Source of the DNA: Felis catus
Lineage: Eukaryota
Direction: 5' to 3'
DNA: 64,000 bases
Assembly (NCBI RefSeq): GCF_018350175.1
Contig: NC_058368.1
Coordinates: forward strand, 52,702,001-52,766,000
The notes under the pieces are model-generated. The model was not told the DNA's origin. It did not search any database and saw only the letters and a list, made by a program, of their open reading frames with translations. Within the stretch, counting starts at the first letter, position 1. Every line of letters starts with the position of its first letter. Below, in pieces: positions 35,526 through 48,827 of this stretch. The position numbers and the translations under genes are program-made.

Positions 35526-36522
35526 TAGATGCTGAGATTTCACAGAGCGGTGAAAAGGAAACAGTAACAAAGATAAAGAAACTGACTGAGAATTGGCAGC
35601 ATTTTAGTTTTGCAAAGACCGTTTAGTGGCAGGGAGGTGGGGGAGAAGTTATTACACTATTCCAACAAAAAGACAAAATATTTGAAAAAATGGAAGTAAG
35701 AAAGACGTAATCTCAGCACACAGAGCAACTGTTTCCATGGAAATAAATGCAGTTCTGTAAAAACTCACTGTGGTGCCCTGTCACTATAGATGGTGTCTGA
35801 AGGGCATGGGTTGGGGATAGGTGTGGGGCAGCACTGAGCACTGAGTGGTGGCGAGGGTCCTGGCACCTGTTGGCAGTGCTCAGCATCTGGTAGGAGGCCC
35901 TACAGGAGGCCATCCCCCAATGTTGTGAAGAGCGACAAGAGATCAGAGTGGCAGCTGAGAGCTCTATGGCTCTTTCTAGAAACACCATTTTCAGAAACCC
36001 CAGAGCAAAGTGTCGACAAAGGATGAAAGGGATTTAAGGCAAATACAAAGAGAAAGGGATGCATTTAGTGTCTTATTTGACTGAAAGGCAACAGGATAAA
36101 TGGCTTATTCATGAGATAAAAATTTAGCAAAGCTGTGGAGGACAAAGGTGAGGTATTATTGAATAAGGACGAGAGAACTTTGTGCAGAGATGACTGGTGA
36201 CCAAATATCCTATGTCCTCATTAAGGACAAAAAAGGGACATTGGCTAAAATAGCAGCAGGAAGGTCATAAATCAGATATACAGAGCACATGATGACTGCA
36301 AGGTTCCTGAAATACTGGAATTAAGAGTAAGAAGTCCTGTTCCAACTCCTTAGCCTCATTAATTCTTAGCTGTTGATCAATATGAACGATGGAATTCATT
36401 TTTTTTTTTGATCCTCTCATTTCTATTTACAGCTGAAATGAGTTCTAGGACAGGTCTTTCCCATTTGCCACTTTGCCTTTTTCATTGTGATGAAATATTT
36501 GTACATTTCTTTTCAGAGCTAT

Positions 36523-36951
36523 TGTTGGAGGAGGTCACCGAGAGGACATGACCACAGGTTGACCTGGAGGTGGACAGGGGGCAATCGGAGGCTCCTCACC
36601 TCCTCCCCATCCTTAGAATATATGTCCCGCCCACTGTTCCACACCAGGAGCTGTTTTCAGGACAGCCTCGAGAGAGTAAGGTGTTGTTGAGACTTTCTGA
36701 ACTGTTTACGTGACATGACCCCATTCTGAATGGGACTGACCCATTCAGGCCTCTATGTAAACTTTTAAGATTCTGGCAGGAGGGTGTGGAGAGCTACTAA
36801 TCTTGCAGCCGCCCAAGACAAGCCCCAAAGGTAAGTTCGCTTGCTCATGTAAACGACCACCTACCAGTCTAGAATGGTCTGCCTCATTTTTCAGTCTCTC
36901 CTTGCCCTCTGTGTAGGGGGGCCCAGAAGGGGAGCAATTTGCAAACCAATA
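36523..36951 (+). mobile_element. Complete solo LTR with a 5-bp TSD (family uncertain, class III/ERVL-like by TSD length)
   Basis: Termini TGTTGG...CCAATA (a decayed CCAACA); TSD gctat at 36518-36522 and 36952-36956. Confidence 0.8.
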
Positions 36952-37589
36952 GCTATCTATGAGACTGAAGTAAAGAATCTCCTTTTTAAAGTTTGTAAAG
37001 ACAAATAAAGTAGATGGAGGAGGGAGATGTCCTACCTAGGTCTCACTTTGGCCTTTAGGAATGACAGCAATACTGTGTCTACATACGCATACACTAATGT
37101 GACCTATGGCTGTGATAGTGTGTCCAGGAATGTAGAACTCAGCAATTCAGGAAACGGTTTCAGGGTAGGAAGGAATACGAGCTTTGTGATAAGGGTCCAG
37201 CAGAGTGAAACGCGGTATGTGATTGTCTGGCATGCAGGAGACCTGAGGTCTTGCTTTCGCTTTTCCTCTATAATTTTTGGGAATGTTTGCTTTCTCTCTG
37301 TACCTTTACGCCTTTGCATTTACTTTGTTACTCACTAGCAAGCTATGATTATTGTAAAGAAAAGGGCAGATATGTCTCAGGCTTCTTGGAAGAATAGTTC
37401 TTAGCATTAGCACATTTTGGAGCATGGTTTTACCAAGTCCCTTGTCTTTATCTTTATGAGCGCTTGGCAAAGGAGGCATCATTTTTTATATTTTGTAGAT
37501 GAGGAATCAGAGACCCTTGAAAGGCTACTGACTTGCCCACAGCCACATAGTAGGGGAGATGAGACTGAAACTCAAGGCTGTCTAGTTCC

Positions 37590-37750
37590 AAAGCAAGGGC
37601 TCTCCACCTGTGGTGTGCATATGCACCGAGACCTTGTGAAACGGCAGGCTCGGGCACAGGGGTCTCAGACATGGCCTGAAACTCTGCACTCCTACCATGC
37701 TCCCGGCTGCTGCCCATGCTAGTGGTCCCTGGACCACAGGTGGAGGAGCG
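37590..37750. mobile_element. MER5A-like relic
   Basis: ggcctgaaactctgcactcctaccatgctccc...atgctagtggtccctggaccaca. Confidence 0.6.
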
Positions 37751-37789
37751 AGGTATGAGACTACCTCTTGTTAACAAATACGGTAGAAA

Positions 37790-38300
37790 TCTTAAGTTGC
37801 CTTCCTCCTGAATTGAGGGGAAAGTATTCAGTCTTTCACCCTGAATGTGATGTTTGTTGCAGTTTTTGTTTCTTTGTTTGTTTTGCTTTTTTGGTTTTTT
37901 TTGTAAATGTCTCCTATCAAATTGAGGAAGTTCCCTTTTATACATAGTTTGCTGAGAGTTTTTATCGTGAAGAGATCCTGAATTTCTGCAGATACATTTT
38001 CTGCATGAATTGATACTAGCACATAGTTATTTTTTAATGTTTAGTTATTGAGAGAGAGAGAGAGAGAGAGAGCACAAACAGGGGAGGGGCAGACAGAGAG
38101 GGTGAGAGAGAATCCCAAGCAGGCTCCATGCTGTCAACGCAGAACCCGATGTGGGGCTTGAACTCACGAACTGTGAGATCTTGACCTGAGCCAAATCAAG
38201 AGTTGGATGTTTGACTGAGCCAGGCAGGCACCCCCATAGGTGTTTTTTAAAAGACTGTAATTATACTGATTGGTTTTTGAGTATTGAGCTAGCCTTGAGT
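37790..38300 (-). mobile_element. Old L1 ORF2 fragment interrupted by a SINE
   Basis: ORF 37828..38022(-) LVSIHAEN...IKTLSKLCIKGNFLNLIGDIYKK is L1 RT-like. Confidence 0.85.
38030..38235 (-). mobile_element. Can-SINE
   Basis: Reverse copy; degenerate TSD catag(t/g)t(a/g)tttttt. Confidence 0.93.
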
Positions 38301-38803
38301 AATTATTTTCTTAAATAATATTTATTTTATTTAAATTCTATATATAAGATATGCTTGTTGAAGAACATCCAGCAAATAGAAAAAGAAAAAGGTAAATAAA
38401 AATTACCCAAAATTTCACCACCCACTGGTAATATTGCTAATGTATTATCAAGCTTCCATATAGCTTTGAAGAAGCATTTATGTATTTGTATTTTTACAGA
38501 GTTAACAGTAAAACAGTGTAAGTATACTATGTACACCTTCCTTTGTTTATGTGACATTTTATCTTTAGCGTTTAAGATTGTTAAATGCTCCAGGCCTCCT
38601 TTGCCTCAGCGACTGTGTGCTTCCTTTAATCTGGAATCCTTATTGACACTTAGGTTCTGTTCTGCTTGTTTGCTGTTTGTTGTTATCCTTATGAAGTAGG
38701 ACCAAAAGTATGCATATATAAATATTTGCTAATTCTTAACAAATTAAATTCATTTCTAGAAGCAAAATTATAGACTCTTTGTGTGTCAGTATCTTTAACA
38801 TTC

Positions 38804-39026
38804 TTTTTTTTTTTAATTTTTTTAACGTTTATTTATTTTTGAGACAGAGAGAGACAGAGCATGAACGGGGGAGGGGCAGAGAGAGAGGGAGACACAGAAT
38901 CTGAAACAGGCTCCAGGCTCTGAGCTGTCAGCACAGAGCCCGACGCGGGGCTTGAACTCACGGACTGCGAGATCGTGACCTGAGCTGAAGTTGGACGCTC
39001 AGCCGACTGAGCCACCCAGGCGCCCC
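38804..39026 (-). mobile_element. Young Can-SINE
   Basis: Perfect 18-bp TSD agtatctttaacattctt at 38788-38805 and 39027-39044. Confidence 0.97.
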
Positions 39027-39052
39027 AGTATCTTTAACATTCTTAATGCCAA

Positions 39053-39268
39053 TTTTTTTAAAATAATTTTTTAAATGTTTATTTATTTATTTTGAGAAAC
39101 AGAGAGAGTAGGGGTGGGGTAGAGAGACGGGGAGAGACAGAATCCCAAGCAGGCTTCAAGCTGTCAACACAGAGCCACATGTGGGCTCAATCCCACAAAC
39201 AGGAAGATCATGACCTGAGCTGAAATCAAGAGTCGGTCGCTCAACTGACTGAGCCACCCAAGCGCCCC
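39053..39268 (-). mobile_element. Can-SINE (second of a tandem cluster)
   Basis: Reverse copy ending ccacccaagcgcccc. Confidence 0.95.
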
Positions 39269-39276
39269 TAAATTAC

Positions 39277-39497
39277 TTTTATTTTTTTTAATGTTTATTT
39301 ATTTATTTTGAGAGAGAGAATGAAAGCGAGTAGAGGGGAGGGGCAGAGAGAGAGAAGGAGAGAGAGAATCCCAGGCAGGCGCCCGCTGTCAGTGCAGAGC
39401 CCGATACGGGGGCTCAGTCTCACAAACTGCGAGATCATGACCTGAACCAAAATCAAGAGTTGCACACTTCACCGACTGAGCCACCCAGGTGCCCCCC
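39277..39497 (-). mobile_element. Can-SINE (third of a tandem cluster)
   Basis: Reverse copy; TSD core attactttt. Confidence 0.95.
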
Positions 39498-39544
39498 ACA
39501 TTACTTTTAAATAGCCGTGTACAAGAGTGTTTTGGTCATTCTCT

Positions 39545-39795
39545 CTTTTTCGAAATTAATAAACTGTTTTTTAGAGCAGTTTTGGATTCACACCAAAACT
39601 GAACAGAAAGCAGAGTTTCCATATAGTACCTCTTGTCCTCACACATGCACAATTTCCTCCCCATCAACAGACTGCACTATAGTGGTACAGCTGTTAAACT
39701 GGATGACTGTATACTGACACACATTATCACCCTAATTCCATTACATTAGGGTTTATTCTTAGTGTTGTACGTTCTATGGGTTTTGGCAAATGTTA
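39545..39795 (-). mobile_element. L1MC-type 3' end
   Basis: ttttagagcagttttggattcacaccaaaactgaacagaaag...tacattagggtttattcttagtgttgtacgttctatgggttttggcaaatg. Confidence 0.75.
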
Positions 39796-39870
39796 TTATC
39801 TTTTAAAGTACTTTTATCAAATTGGTATTGCTGTCTCCCATTTTAAAATTTAGATTTTCTTTTTAGGAGA

Positions 39871-39904
39871 TTTTTTTAAATTTTTTAAGTGTTTATTTAT
39901 TTTT

Positions 39905-39941
<37 letters not shown>

Positions 39942-40101
39942 CGCGCGCGCGCGCGCGAAGAGGGGGGAGGGGCAGAGAAAGAGGGAGACACAGAATCTAA
40001 AGCAAGCTCCAGAGCCTGACACAGGGCTTGAACTCATGAATGTTGAGATCTTGACCTGAGCTGAAGTCAGCTGCTTAATCGACTGAGCCACCAGGCACCC
40101 C
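39871..40101 (-). mobile_element. Can-SINE with a (GA)n(GC)8 expansion
   Basis: TSD ~tctttt(c)aggagatt; (GC)8 at 39941-39956. Confidence 0.95.
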
Positions 40102-41369
40102 TCTTTTCAGGAGATTCTTAAGTACTCAATTGAACTGTTTATGTCTGTTGACTTTGCCTATGCTATCGACATGCTCTTGTTTATGTTGTTTGTAAAAGCT
40201 TCCCATGCAATAAGGCTTGTAATACTTTTTCTGTGTTTCCCGCAGTTTGTCGTTTTATTGTAGTTTGCAGCATACAGAGGTTTAAATTATTATATATTGA
40301 AATATATTAATTCACTGAAATACTTTAATAGGTTTAATAGTTATTCTATTGATTTATAAAGATTCCTTCTGGTCATCTTATCTTCAAAAAAGGACAATTT
40401 TCTCTTTCCCATTCCTTACTTTTATAATATGTATGCACACGTTGTTTCTTATTCTTGTCTTTTTGCACTGGCTAAGATTTCCAGATCACTGGTTAAGATA
40501 GCAGTGATAGTGAGCATCTCTTGTTTTTGTCTCTAATTATCGAGGGTCTAGTGTTTTACCATTTAGAATGATCCTTATCACTAGCTCTTAAAATAAACTT
40601 GTAGCAGTGAGGATGGTTTCTCTATCTAGGTTACAACGAGTTATTCCCAGCAATGACTGATTCCTGATTTCCGTGGGATACTATGGATCTTTGACTCTGA
40701 CATTCTCAGCACCTGCATACCAGGATGGGGCTTTGAACCATCAGTTTAGCTTCCTAAGACTGTCTTGGAATTCTTTCTGGCAGCAGCCATTAACTTGGCA
40801 TCTCTCTGTGGTAATTTTGCACTCTTCCACAGTATATCCAGACCATAAAAAATCAATCCAGACTTTAGCTGCTGAAAGCTCTACGTTCAGCAGAGGCTCC
40901 AGAGAAAACGAAGCCCCTCGGTTATCAGATGCTTCTACTATTTCCATCATTTGCCAGAACTCCTGAGGAACAAATACTCCTCTTTTTATTCTCTTCTCTT
41001 GGATTAGGAGTCCCTCAGAGCAACCATTCCTGTCTTCTGCTTCTCAGGGACAAGGGACACTCCTCTGCCCACTCCCAGTCTATCTAGACCTGCTGGTTCC
41101 ACTATTTTTAGGAATCCTGTGGCCAACTGAACGCTTTCTGATTCCTGTCCACTTGGAACTGAAGTTTTGTAAGGGAATTAGAAAAACTGGAGGTGGAGAA
41201 GCAGGTAAGCCATTTGACCATCTCCAAAAGCATCCCTTGTATCTAGAGAGATAACCTCTCAGCATTCTGGAAATTACGGAATCTGCTTTACTGAGCAAGG
41301 GGTGAAGGGTGGAGGAGTGATTGGGGTATCTTCCAATCTTCTTTCAGACAAAGGGGTTTGCATTACAAT

Positions 41370-41640
41370 AGAATGGGTAAAGGCAAAGATCTGGATCCTG
41401 AAAATCTGGATTTGAATCCTGGCTCCAATACTTTTAACTCTTTGATCTTGTGTAAGTTACTTAACTTCTCTGTATCTAAGTCTTTTCAGATATAAAATGG
41501 GGGAAAATAAAGGTATCTATCTTGTAGGATTCCTTTCAGAGTTTAGTGTGTTTATCTCTCTGTATCTGTATCTATTGATATGTAGATAAGCAGATATATA
41601 AGGTTTAAAACAAATGCATAGCGAATAGTAAGCTATCATT
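41370..41640 (+). mobile_element. MIR
   Basis: ctggatttgaatcctggctcc...tgatcttgtgtaagttacttaacttctctg...ataaaatgggg. Confidence 0.85.
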
Positions 41641-42379
41641 ATTCAGGTGAAACATGATAGCCCTCTACCTACTGTTCTCAATCCAACTCCTTTGACCTTT
41701 TAGTTAGCAGAAAAATCTCCCCAATTACTAAAATAAACGGCCACTTTTAGATCTTAGTAGTGGTGTGAACTTTTATGTTTTAAAAATTACTTAATACATT
41801 TTAATAGATGTAAAATATCCTAGATATATTTTAGTATTAAGGTAGGAGAGGCTATTAGAGTCCCATAGGCAGACGTCATTAAAAAACCTGCTTGTAATCT
41901 TGTAATGTGGGGATGAAGTAATGAGGATTAAAAATAAAATGGGTTTGGTAATTCTATTGAACTTGTCATAGATGTAAGCACAATAGGATGAATCCAAAAG
42001 ATACTATGATAGATAAGCTACCACCTAACTAATACCTTTGAATATGGGACAGTAGCATTTTTTTAGATTCAGCCTAAGGTTTTGGTGCGGTAGACCTATA
42101 ATGTAAAACATCTGCTTGATGTAAAAATGTTTTTGTATGTTAGGTTGGATGTCGAACAGAATCATATGTGGCGTCAGATGATACTCCAGTGCTAGATTTA
42201 GAGGCTGGCAATTATAATTCAGTATCTTTTTCAACTACATGCAAATGTAAATATATGTCATTTGCATACACCATTATACATTTGCCAGAACTGGTTACGA
42301 CTGTGATTAAAAGTAAGGATTCTGGTTATCGATAAAGGGGATTTATTATCTCATTGCCTGCATTACTAATTTGTTGTAA

Positions 42380-42718
42380 AGCCTTGCTACTGAAAGCTTG
42401 GTCTACAGATCAAGAGCACTGGCAACATTTGGGAACTTGTCAGAAAAGTGGAATTTCAGACCCCTACCAAGACCCAATGACTCAAATCTGCATTTTAACA
42501 GGACCCTCACGTGATTCACATGCACCTTACATTTTGAGAACCACGGGTCTAGGGCAGTGGTGTTTGAACGTTTCTGTACACCGGAATCATCTAGTAAGAC
42601 TTTGTCCTAACAGCTCATACCAAGTAAATCAGATATCTAAAGGTGGAACCCAAGGCCTCAGCATTTTTGAAAATGCTCCACGTGATTCCAAGTGTGCAGT
42701 CAACTTTGAGAACCAGTG
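42380..42718. mobile_element. Two adjacent MER5A/MER5B-like hAT relics
   Basis: cagacccctaccaagaccc...aaatctgcattttaacagg...ttttgagaaccacgg, then cagtggtgtttgaac...ctttgagaaccagtg. Confidence 0.75.
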
Positions 42719-44649
42719 GTCAACATCCAGGCAGTGGTCTGCCTTCCTCCAGAAGGACCCTCCTTTTTTTCAATCTCCGATTTCAAGTTGGAGTTTGGGA
42801 GCAAGAGCAGTCTATTTAGGTGGAAGCCACAGAGACTAGAAAAAGGAGGTTATATTCTTTATGGAACTTAAGACCCAGGTTTCCCAGAGACGCAAGCATT
42901 CAACTCTGTATTTTCCATGACTTTCAAGTGCTCATAAGGTAGGGTAGTTAGGGGTAGTGATTTGTTTTTGACAGTTTCTAGTGAATGTTACTCCAGATGG
43001 GTGAGGGACTAGTGATGAAATTCCATATTGTTCAGTACAGCCTGTGTCTCTCACTGCAACCCTCGTTACTTTCATTTACAATGATGGCAGCCCAGAGTCA
43101 GTGAAAGGCACCATGTGAGCAGTCTACTGGGAGAATCTTCACTCTCAGTAATCAGTCTGGAGGCCTTGGCTCAGCACCCGGGTGATGGGGCTACATCATA
43201 AACAGCACCATTGGTGTTGCTTTGAGAAAGACCTATGCCCACAAAGTTGCCTAAGTTAATTTTTTCCCCTGCTGGGGAACTGCCTTCATTTGCATTGACT
43301 CTCAATGACCTACCTTCCTTCGGGCAAACACCGGCCTGCAGTCAGAAGGTCAGAAGAGTGGTTTAAAATAGAACTGTGTATTTAATGAATAACAATTGCC
43401 ACACGTGGGTTTTGGTGACATCTCATGCTAGCAGCATCTGTAAGCTTAGGGTCCTGGATCAAGCAGGCTACAGGTAGGAGGCTGGCATAGGTAAGCAGCA
43501 GAAAAGGTGGTGCAAATGGCAATGGGCTACTACTACTCAAAGCCTTGTAAACTGTCGACCGAAAACCTCCCTTGTTCATTTCATTCAAGTGATTACAGCC
43601 TTTTCATTTTTTCTTTCATATGCTCACTTGTGACTTGGATCATTAGCACATGCCCCTTGCAACAGGGGAGGCTGACTTGAGGTGAGAGGGAAACAGCAGG
43701 AGAATACGAACTCCTAAAGATTCAGCTTTCATGGCGGGCCTGCAGCTTGAAAATAGACATAGAAAAATAGAGACGATATGACAAATAAGCAAAAGTATTG
43801 TTGATTCGAGTTCTTGCAAATAATTGCCTGGATGCAGGCAATTTTTAATGTAGAAAAATGCCCTTAGGGGCTTGGGGAATACAAGAGAGCCACCTGAGAT
43901 GTTTAAGTTTTGGAAAAACAACTATTTAGCATGCACAGTGGCTACTTTTTCTGCTGTATTTTAATGTATGCAAATGTAGTCCATACTGGAACAACAATCT
44001 CACGGCAGGTCCGAATGAAGCCAATGTAGGTGGCGCTTTGATGCAATTTTGATTTGAAATTACTCTTAGAAAATTATGAGTGTGTCATGTGGTGGCAGCA
44101 TGCAGATAGTGCAGGGAGAGGATATTGATTTTTTTATACCCATTTTAAAATAGAGAACGTGTTGTATTCCAAATGATGTGATTAGGCAAACTATTAATAT
44201 CATAAAGCTCTCCATAAGATTTGTTTTTTTGTATGTTCTGAACACACAAATCAATATTGAATTCTATTGTTAGTCTACTTGTGTGCTTGTATATTTGGGC
44301 ATTATTTAACTTAGATAAAAGAGGAGGAGAAGCTCTTGATCTTATATAACCAGTTCAAAGATTTTTCTCTAGAACCATTAAGATTTACTTGAACGTAAAT
44401 ATCTATTGATCTTTAATTTGATCATTAATTCTTTTTGTAGATCTATAGTTATACTCATGTTGTAGAAATCCAGTTTACATGGAGATAGTGCTGATTAGAA
44501 CCTGCATATTCACAGTGTTGCTGTGATATTTTGATGTCATCATTGGGCAATTACTGAGTGTCCATTATATCTAGAATTCTTTATGTTGCAGAGGAATCAG
44601 AGAAGTTACAGAAACCTTGATCCCTACCCTGAGGGGAAACAGGAGGGAA

Positions 44650-44870
44650 CTATCATTTATGGAGTATTCATTTTCTACCAACCTCTAGAGTATTTTCATG
44701 TTATCACAAATAAGCCATACAACGAGCCTTGAGACAGGCATTATTATCCTTGTTTACAGATGGGAAAACTGAACCTCAGAGAAGTCAGTCATTCAGTATC
44801 ACACAGATTATGATAGGGAAACCAGGGTTCAAGCTCTGATGTCTCTTATGTCAAAATCTTGCCTTTTCCA
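44650..44870 (-). mobile_element. MIR
   Basis: aggcattattatccttgtttacagatgggaaaactgaacctcagagaagt. Confidence 0.8.
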
Positions 44871-45005
44871 TCAGAAAGAAATAAAGCATAGATTTAAACA
44901 TTTTGCTATAATCACAGCTTTTATAGACAAATATATCAATGTTGAGAGAATGCTAGAAAAATTAACATAAGTTAGAGTGGATCCAGGAAGACTTCTGGGA
45001 GACGG

Positions 45006-45143
45006 TTTTTGGTTTTTGTGTGTGTTTTGTTTTGTTTTGTTTTTTAACGTAGGGCTTGATCCCGTGACCCTGGGATCATGACCTGAGTCGAAATCAAGAA
45101 TAGGTCATCCGTTGCCTAACTGACTGAGCCACCCAGGCGCCCC
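45006..45143 (-). mobile_element. Short (internally deleted) Can-SINE
   Basis: tRNA-like head ...ctgagccacccaggcgcccc joined directly to a T-rich tail. Confidence 0.85.
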
Positions 45144-47049
45144 TAGAGAGAGTTTTTATAAAGCGTCTTGTATGTGTTACCATTGCCCTCCTCTGCCTGG
45201 CAGTATTGTTTTTCTACTACTATCTTCTGCCTTGCAGAATCTTGATGCTAATTTACTAACAAAGACTGAAGTATGTCCATTTTCCTGAAATTATAGATGT
45301 GAAAAAACACTTTCTGTTTCTGGCTATTCCTATGTGCCCGTATTTTTAAATTCATATTGCAACTTTACAAAACGTGGGCTTTTAAAGCAGAATGTCACTT
45401 AAAAATAGGTTATTTCTTAATAATCATAAGAAATACATTATTCACTCTTCAGGCAAAATGGAGTAGCGTTGAATTCACATCTATACTCGTGATACCCTGA
45501 TGTTACAGCTCCTATCTCTCTTCCTAAATTACCCAAATCAGCAACTTTGGTGGATTTATTTACTTGATTGGTATTATACAGATTACTCACAAATGCTAGT
45601 AAATCAACTTCTGTCAATCCTTATTGCATTTGCAGATAAGAGAGAAAGATAAGAACCCATAGGGACAGATGAAATTAACCTGGGTAAGACTCCCCATGCA
45701 GTAGCATCTTCTGCGGTGTATCAGTTTCAAAATTATGCCACTGTTGTTTCAGGCTGACCTGTGTGACATGGTCCAGAATTCTGTTCAGTAAGATGAGCGG
45801 GGCCACCCTCAACATTGCAGGCTGTGCTACTTTACTTTTCTATATTCTTGTAACGCTGGTTTCCTGCTAAATGAAATAATCTCATCTTTGGCTTCTATGA
45901 AATATTGAGTTTATTAAGGCAAGCTTTCTGTCCCTATTTAGGGCATGGTCTCCTGCTGGGCACGAACGAGTGGATTCTAAAGAAACCGACAGTTTGCCTT
46001 CTACAGAATGATTTGGGGGTCTCTGAGCTCTTTGGATGATTATCTACAACAACTAATCCATAAATCAATACTGATATTATGATCTGAGAATGGCTTTATT
46101 GTATTTTACATATTAAAACATAAGCTTCTGATCTTTTCTTTAAAAAATAATATGCTGATTTATCCTTTTTGAATTCATGGCACGGATCCTAACAACACAA
46201 AGTTATTTTAAAAATTCAATATTAAATGATCTCCTTGGAGTCAAATGAGAAGTAAGCAACAAGACTAAGTATATATTGCTTAGAAGAGCTGCTAGTTTGA
46301 TACAATGGGAAGTGATATTTAAGCTGCTGTTAGCTAGAGGTGATTCATGAAATCATTTAGAGAACTCTTAAATGTAGAGGTATCTCTTATAGGTATGTTT
46401 CTTTGGTCTGGAGCCAGGCCACTACACCAAGAGCTGAAAAGCCTAGGTCCTATTCACAATTCAGTTGCTGTGTAAACATCAAAGCAACTCATTACAACCC
46501 TGTGCCACAATCTGTGGGAATGCTTACCTCCCAAATTTGTGAATAAGCCAAGTATTAAGGAACTACTGCTTATAATAACGTCATGGTATGTTACATTCCC
46601 AGAAACTTTAATTATATCTGATTTCACATCTACCTTTTGAAATCACTGATAATATTAGGCACATATTTTTCGTTGGCACCTTTTTTATTGTTGTTAAATA
46701 TTACCTTTGTTTTTAAAATTTAGAATTATTCTATGCTATGAGACTGTATCATTCTTGCTACAGCTCTAGTCCATGACTTACTATTTGCAATGATATTGAT
46801 AATTTTACGCTTTTTAGCTTCTCATGTTAAACTTTGACAGAAGGTCCCCAGTTCTCACCTATGCTTTCCTTGATTTGTCTTTTCTTTTTTTTTTTTTTTT
46901 AATTTGTATTTTATGCTGTCTTTTCACGTTAGGACCCTACCCATATGGTTTTACCTATTAGGAAGATGTGTTCATATATCAGTGCTTCCTTTTAGAGGAA
47001 AGGACATTTACAACTTTAAATATGATGTTATTTAGTCAAATTTAAAATA

Positions 47050-47270
47050 TTTTTTTAAATTTTTTTTAACATTTATTTATTTTTGAGACAGAGAGAGACA
47101 GAGCATGAACAGGGGAGGGGCAGAGAGAGAGGGAGACACAGAATCTGAAACAGGCTCCAGGCTCTGAGCAGTCAGCACAGAGCCCGACACGGGGCTTGAA
47201 CCCATGGACAGTGAGATTGTGACCTGATCCGAAGTCGGACGCTTAACCGACTGAGCCACCCAGGCGCCCC
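47050..47270 (-). mobile_element. Can-SINE (SINEC_Fc)
   Basis: TSD aaatttaaaatatttt at 47038-47053 and 47271-47286. Confidence 0.97.
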
Positions 47271-48827
47271 AAATTTAAAATATTTTAAATGCAAGTCGGG
47301 AAATGAGAGGCTGGAGCAAACTTGTTTTGGAAAGGAAGAAAAATCAAAAGAGAACACTGAAAGGGAAACAAAAGGAAGAGAGCAGAAGAGGCAAAGAAGC
47401 TTTTGAAAACTTCCTCCTGTCTGTCTCAGCAGCTGGCATCTTTGAGCTTCTTCAATCCCGGAGTCCTGTGCAAAATCTCTATTATGTTTTTAAGCATCCA
47501 CAGGGTTAGTGGGTGTGTCAGCCATTGCCTATGCAATGGTAGTAGTACATTTAATGGCATGTGTCTCATTCATCACTAGTCTCAACAAAAAGGAAGTGTG
47601 GCAACTTGTCCCTCGTCTGCCCCCGTTTCTGCTCTTTTGATGTCTGCTGTCTTTCCTTCTGGGCCTGGGGGGAAGGTGTGGGTCAGGACAGCCAGGACAG
47701 TGTTCCTGAGCTGGTTCTGTCTCCAAATTCCACCAATCTTGAAGTGCTAGGGGAGGGAAGAGCATCCCTACAACAGTGCCAGGCACATAGTAGGGATTCG
47801 AGAAACATTTAGTGAGTAAATAAATAAGCCAAGGGCTGTGAGATGAATCTGGACTTGTCTGAAATGCAGTTGGAGGCCTGGGGAGGCAGCAACCCTAGAT
47901 AGACCATGGAAATATGGGGGGAAGTCATATAGAGATCACTCTCAATCAAACCCCATCATCGCCTACATTTTAAAAAATGGGTTTATAGTTGACATGATAA
48001 ATAAAGCAAGTACAAATTCTGTGTACAGTTCAATGAGTTGTGACAATAATATATAGACCTATGTAATCACTGCCTCAAAAAGATACAGGTAATTCCAATC
48101 ATTCTGGAAAGTTCCCACATGCCCCTTTCTATTTCCTCTCCCTCGACCCCATGCTCACTCTGAGGTCTTCTATAGATTATTTACATCTCTATTTGGATTT
48201 CCTGTAAATGGAATCTGGTTTTCATTTCATACGAAAACATTTCTAACTTTTTTCACTAAATGTTTTTGAGGTCCATCTATGTTGTATCAAGTAATTTTTT
48301 TTTTAATTGTGGAGTGATATTCTGTTCATACGGACACATCTCAATTTGTTTATCTTTTCTCCTGTTGATAGACACTTGAGTTGTTTTCAAGTTTTGACTA
48401 TTACAAAGTTGCCATAAATATTAAAAATACCATCCCTAACCTTTGGCAAATTTCTAATCTGCTCTTCATTTCTATTGTCATTTTAAGGATGTTATATAGG
48501 TGAAATCATACAGTATGTAACTTCTTGGGTTTGTCTTCATTCACTCCTCATAGTGCTCTGGAGATTCAGTCAAGTTGTTGCAAGTTATGAGTAAGTGATC
48601 TGTTCCTTTTTGTTGCTGAGTAGTATTCCATGGTGTGGATGCACCACAATTGATTTAATCATTCACCGTTTGTTAGACATCTGAGCTGATTCCAGTGTTC
48701 AGCTATTATAAATAAAGCTGCTATAAATATTTGTGCATAGGTTTTGTGTGAAGCATAAGTTTTCATTTCTCTGGGATAAATGCCCAAGAGTGTAATTGCC
48801 AGGTTGTATGGGTAGTTGTATTGCAAG

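Noticed and set aside
38804..39497. Regularly spaced repeats resembling an array or CRISPR
   Set aside because: Independent SINE insertions with TSDs in eukaryotic DNA; no repeat-spacer structure
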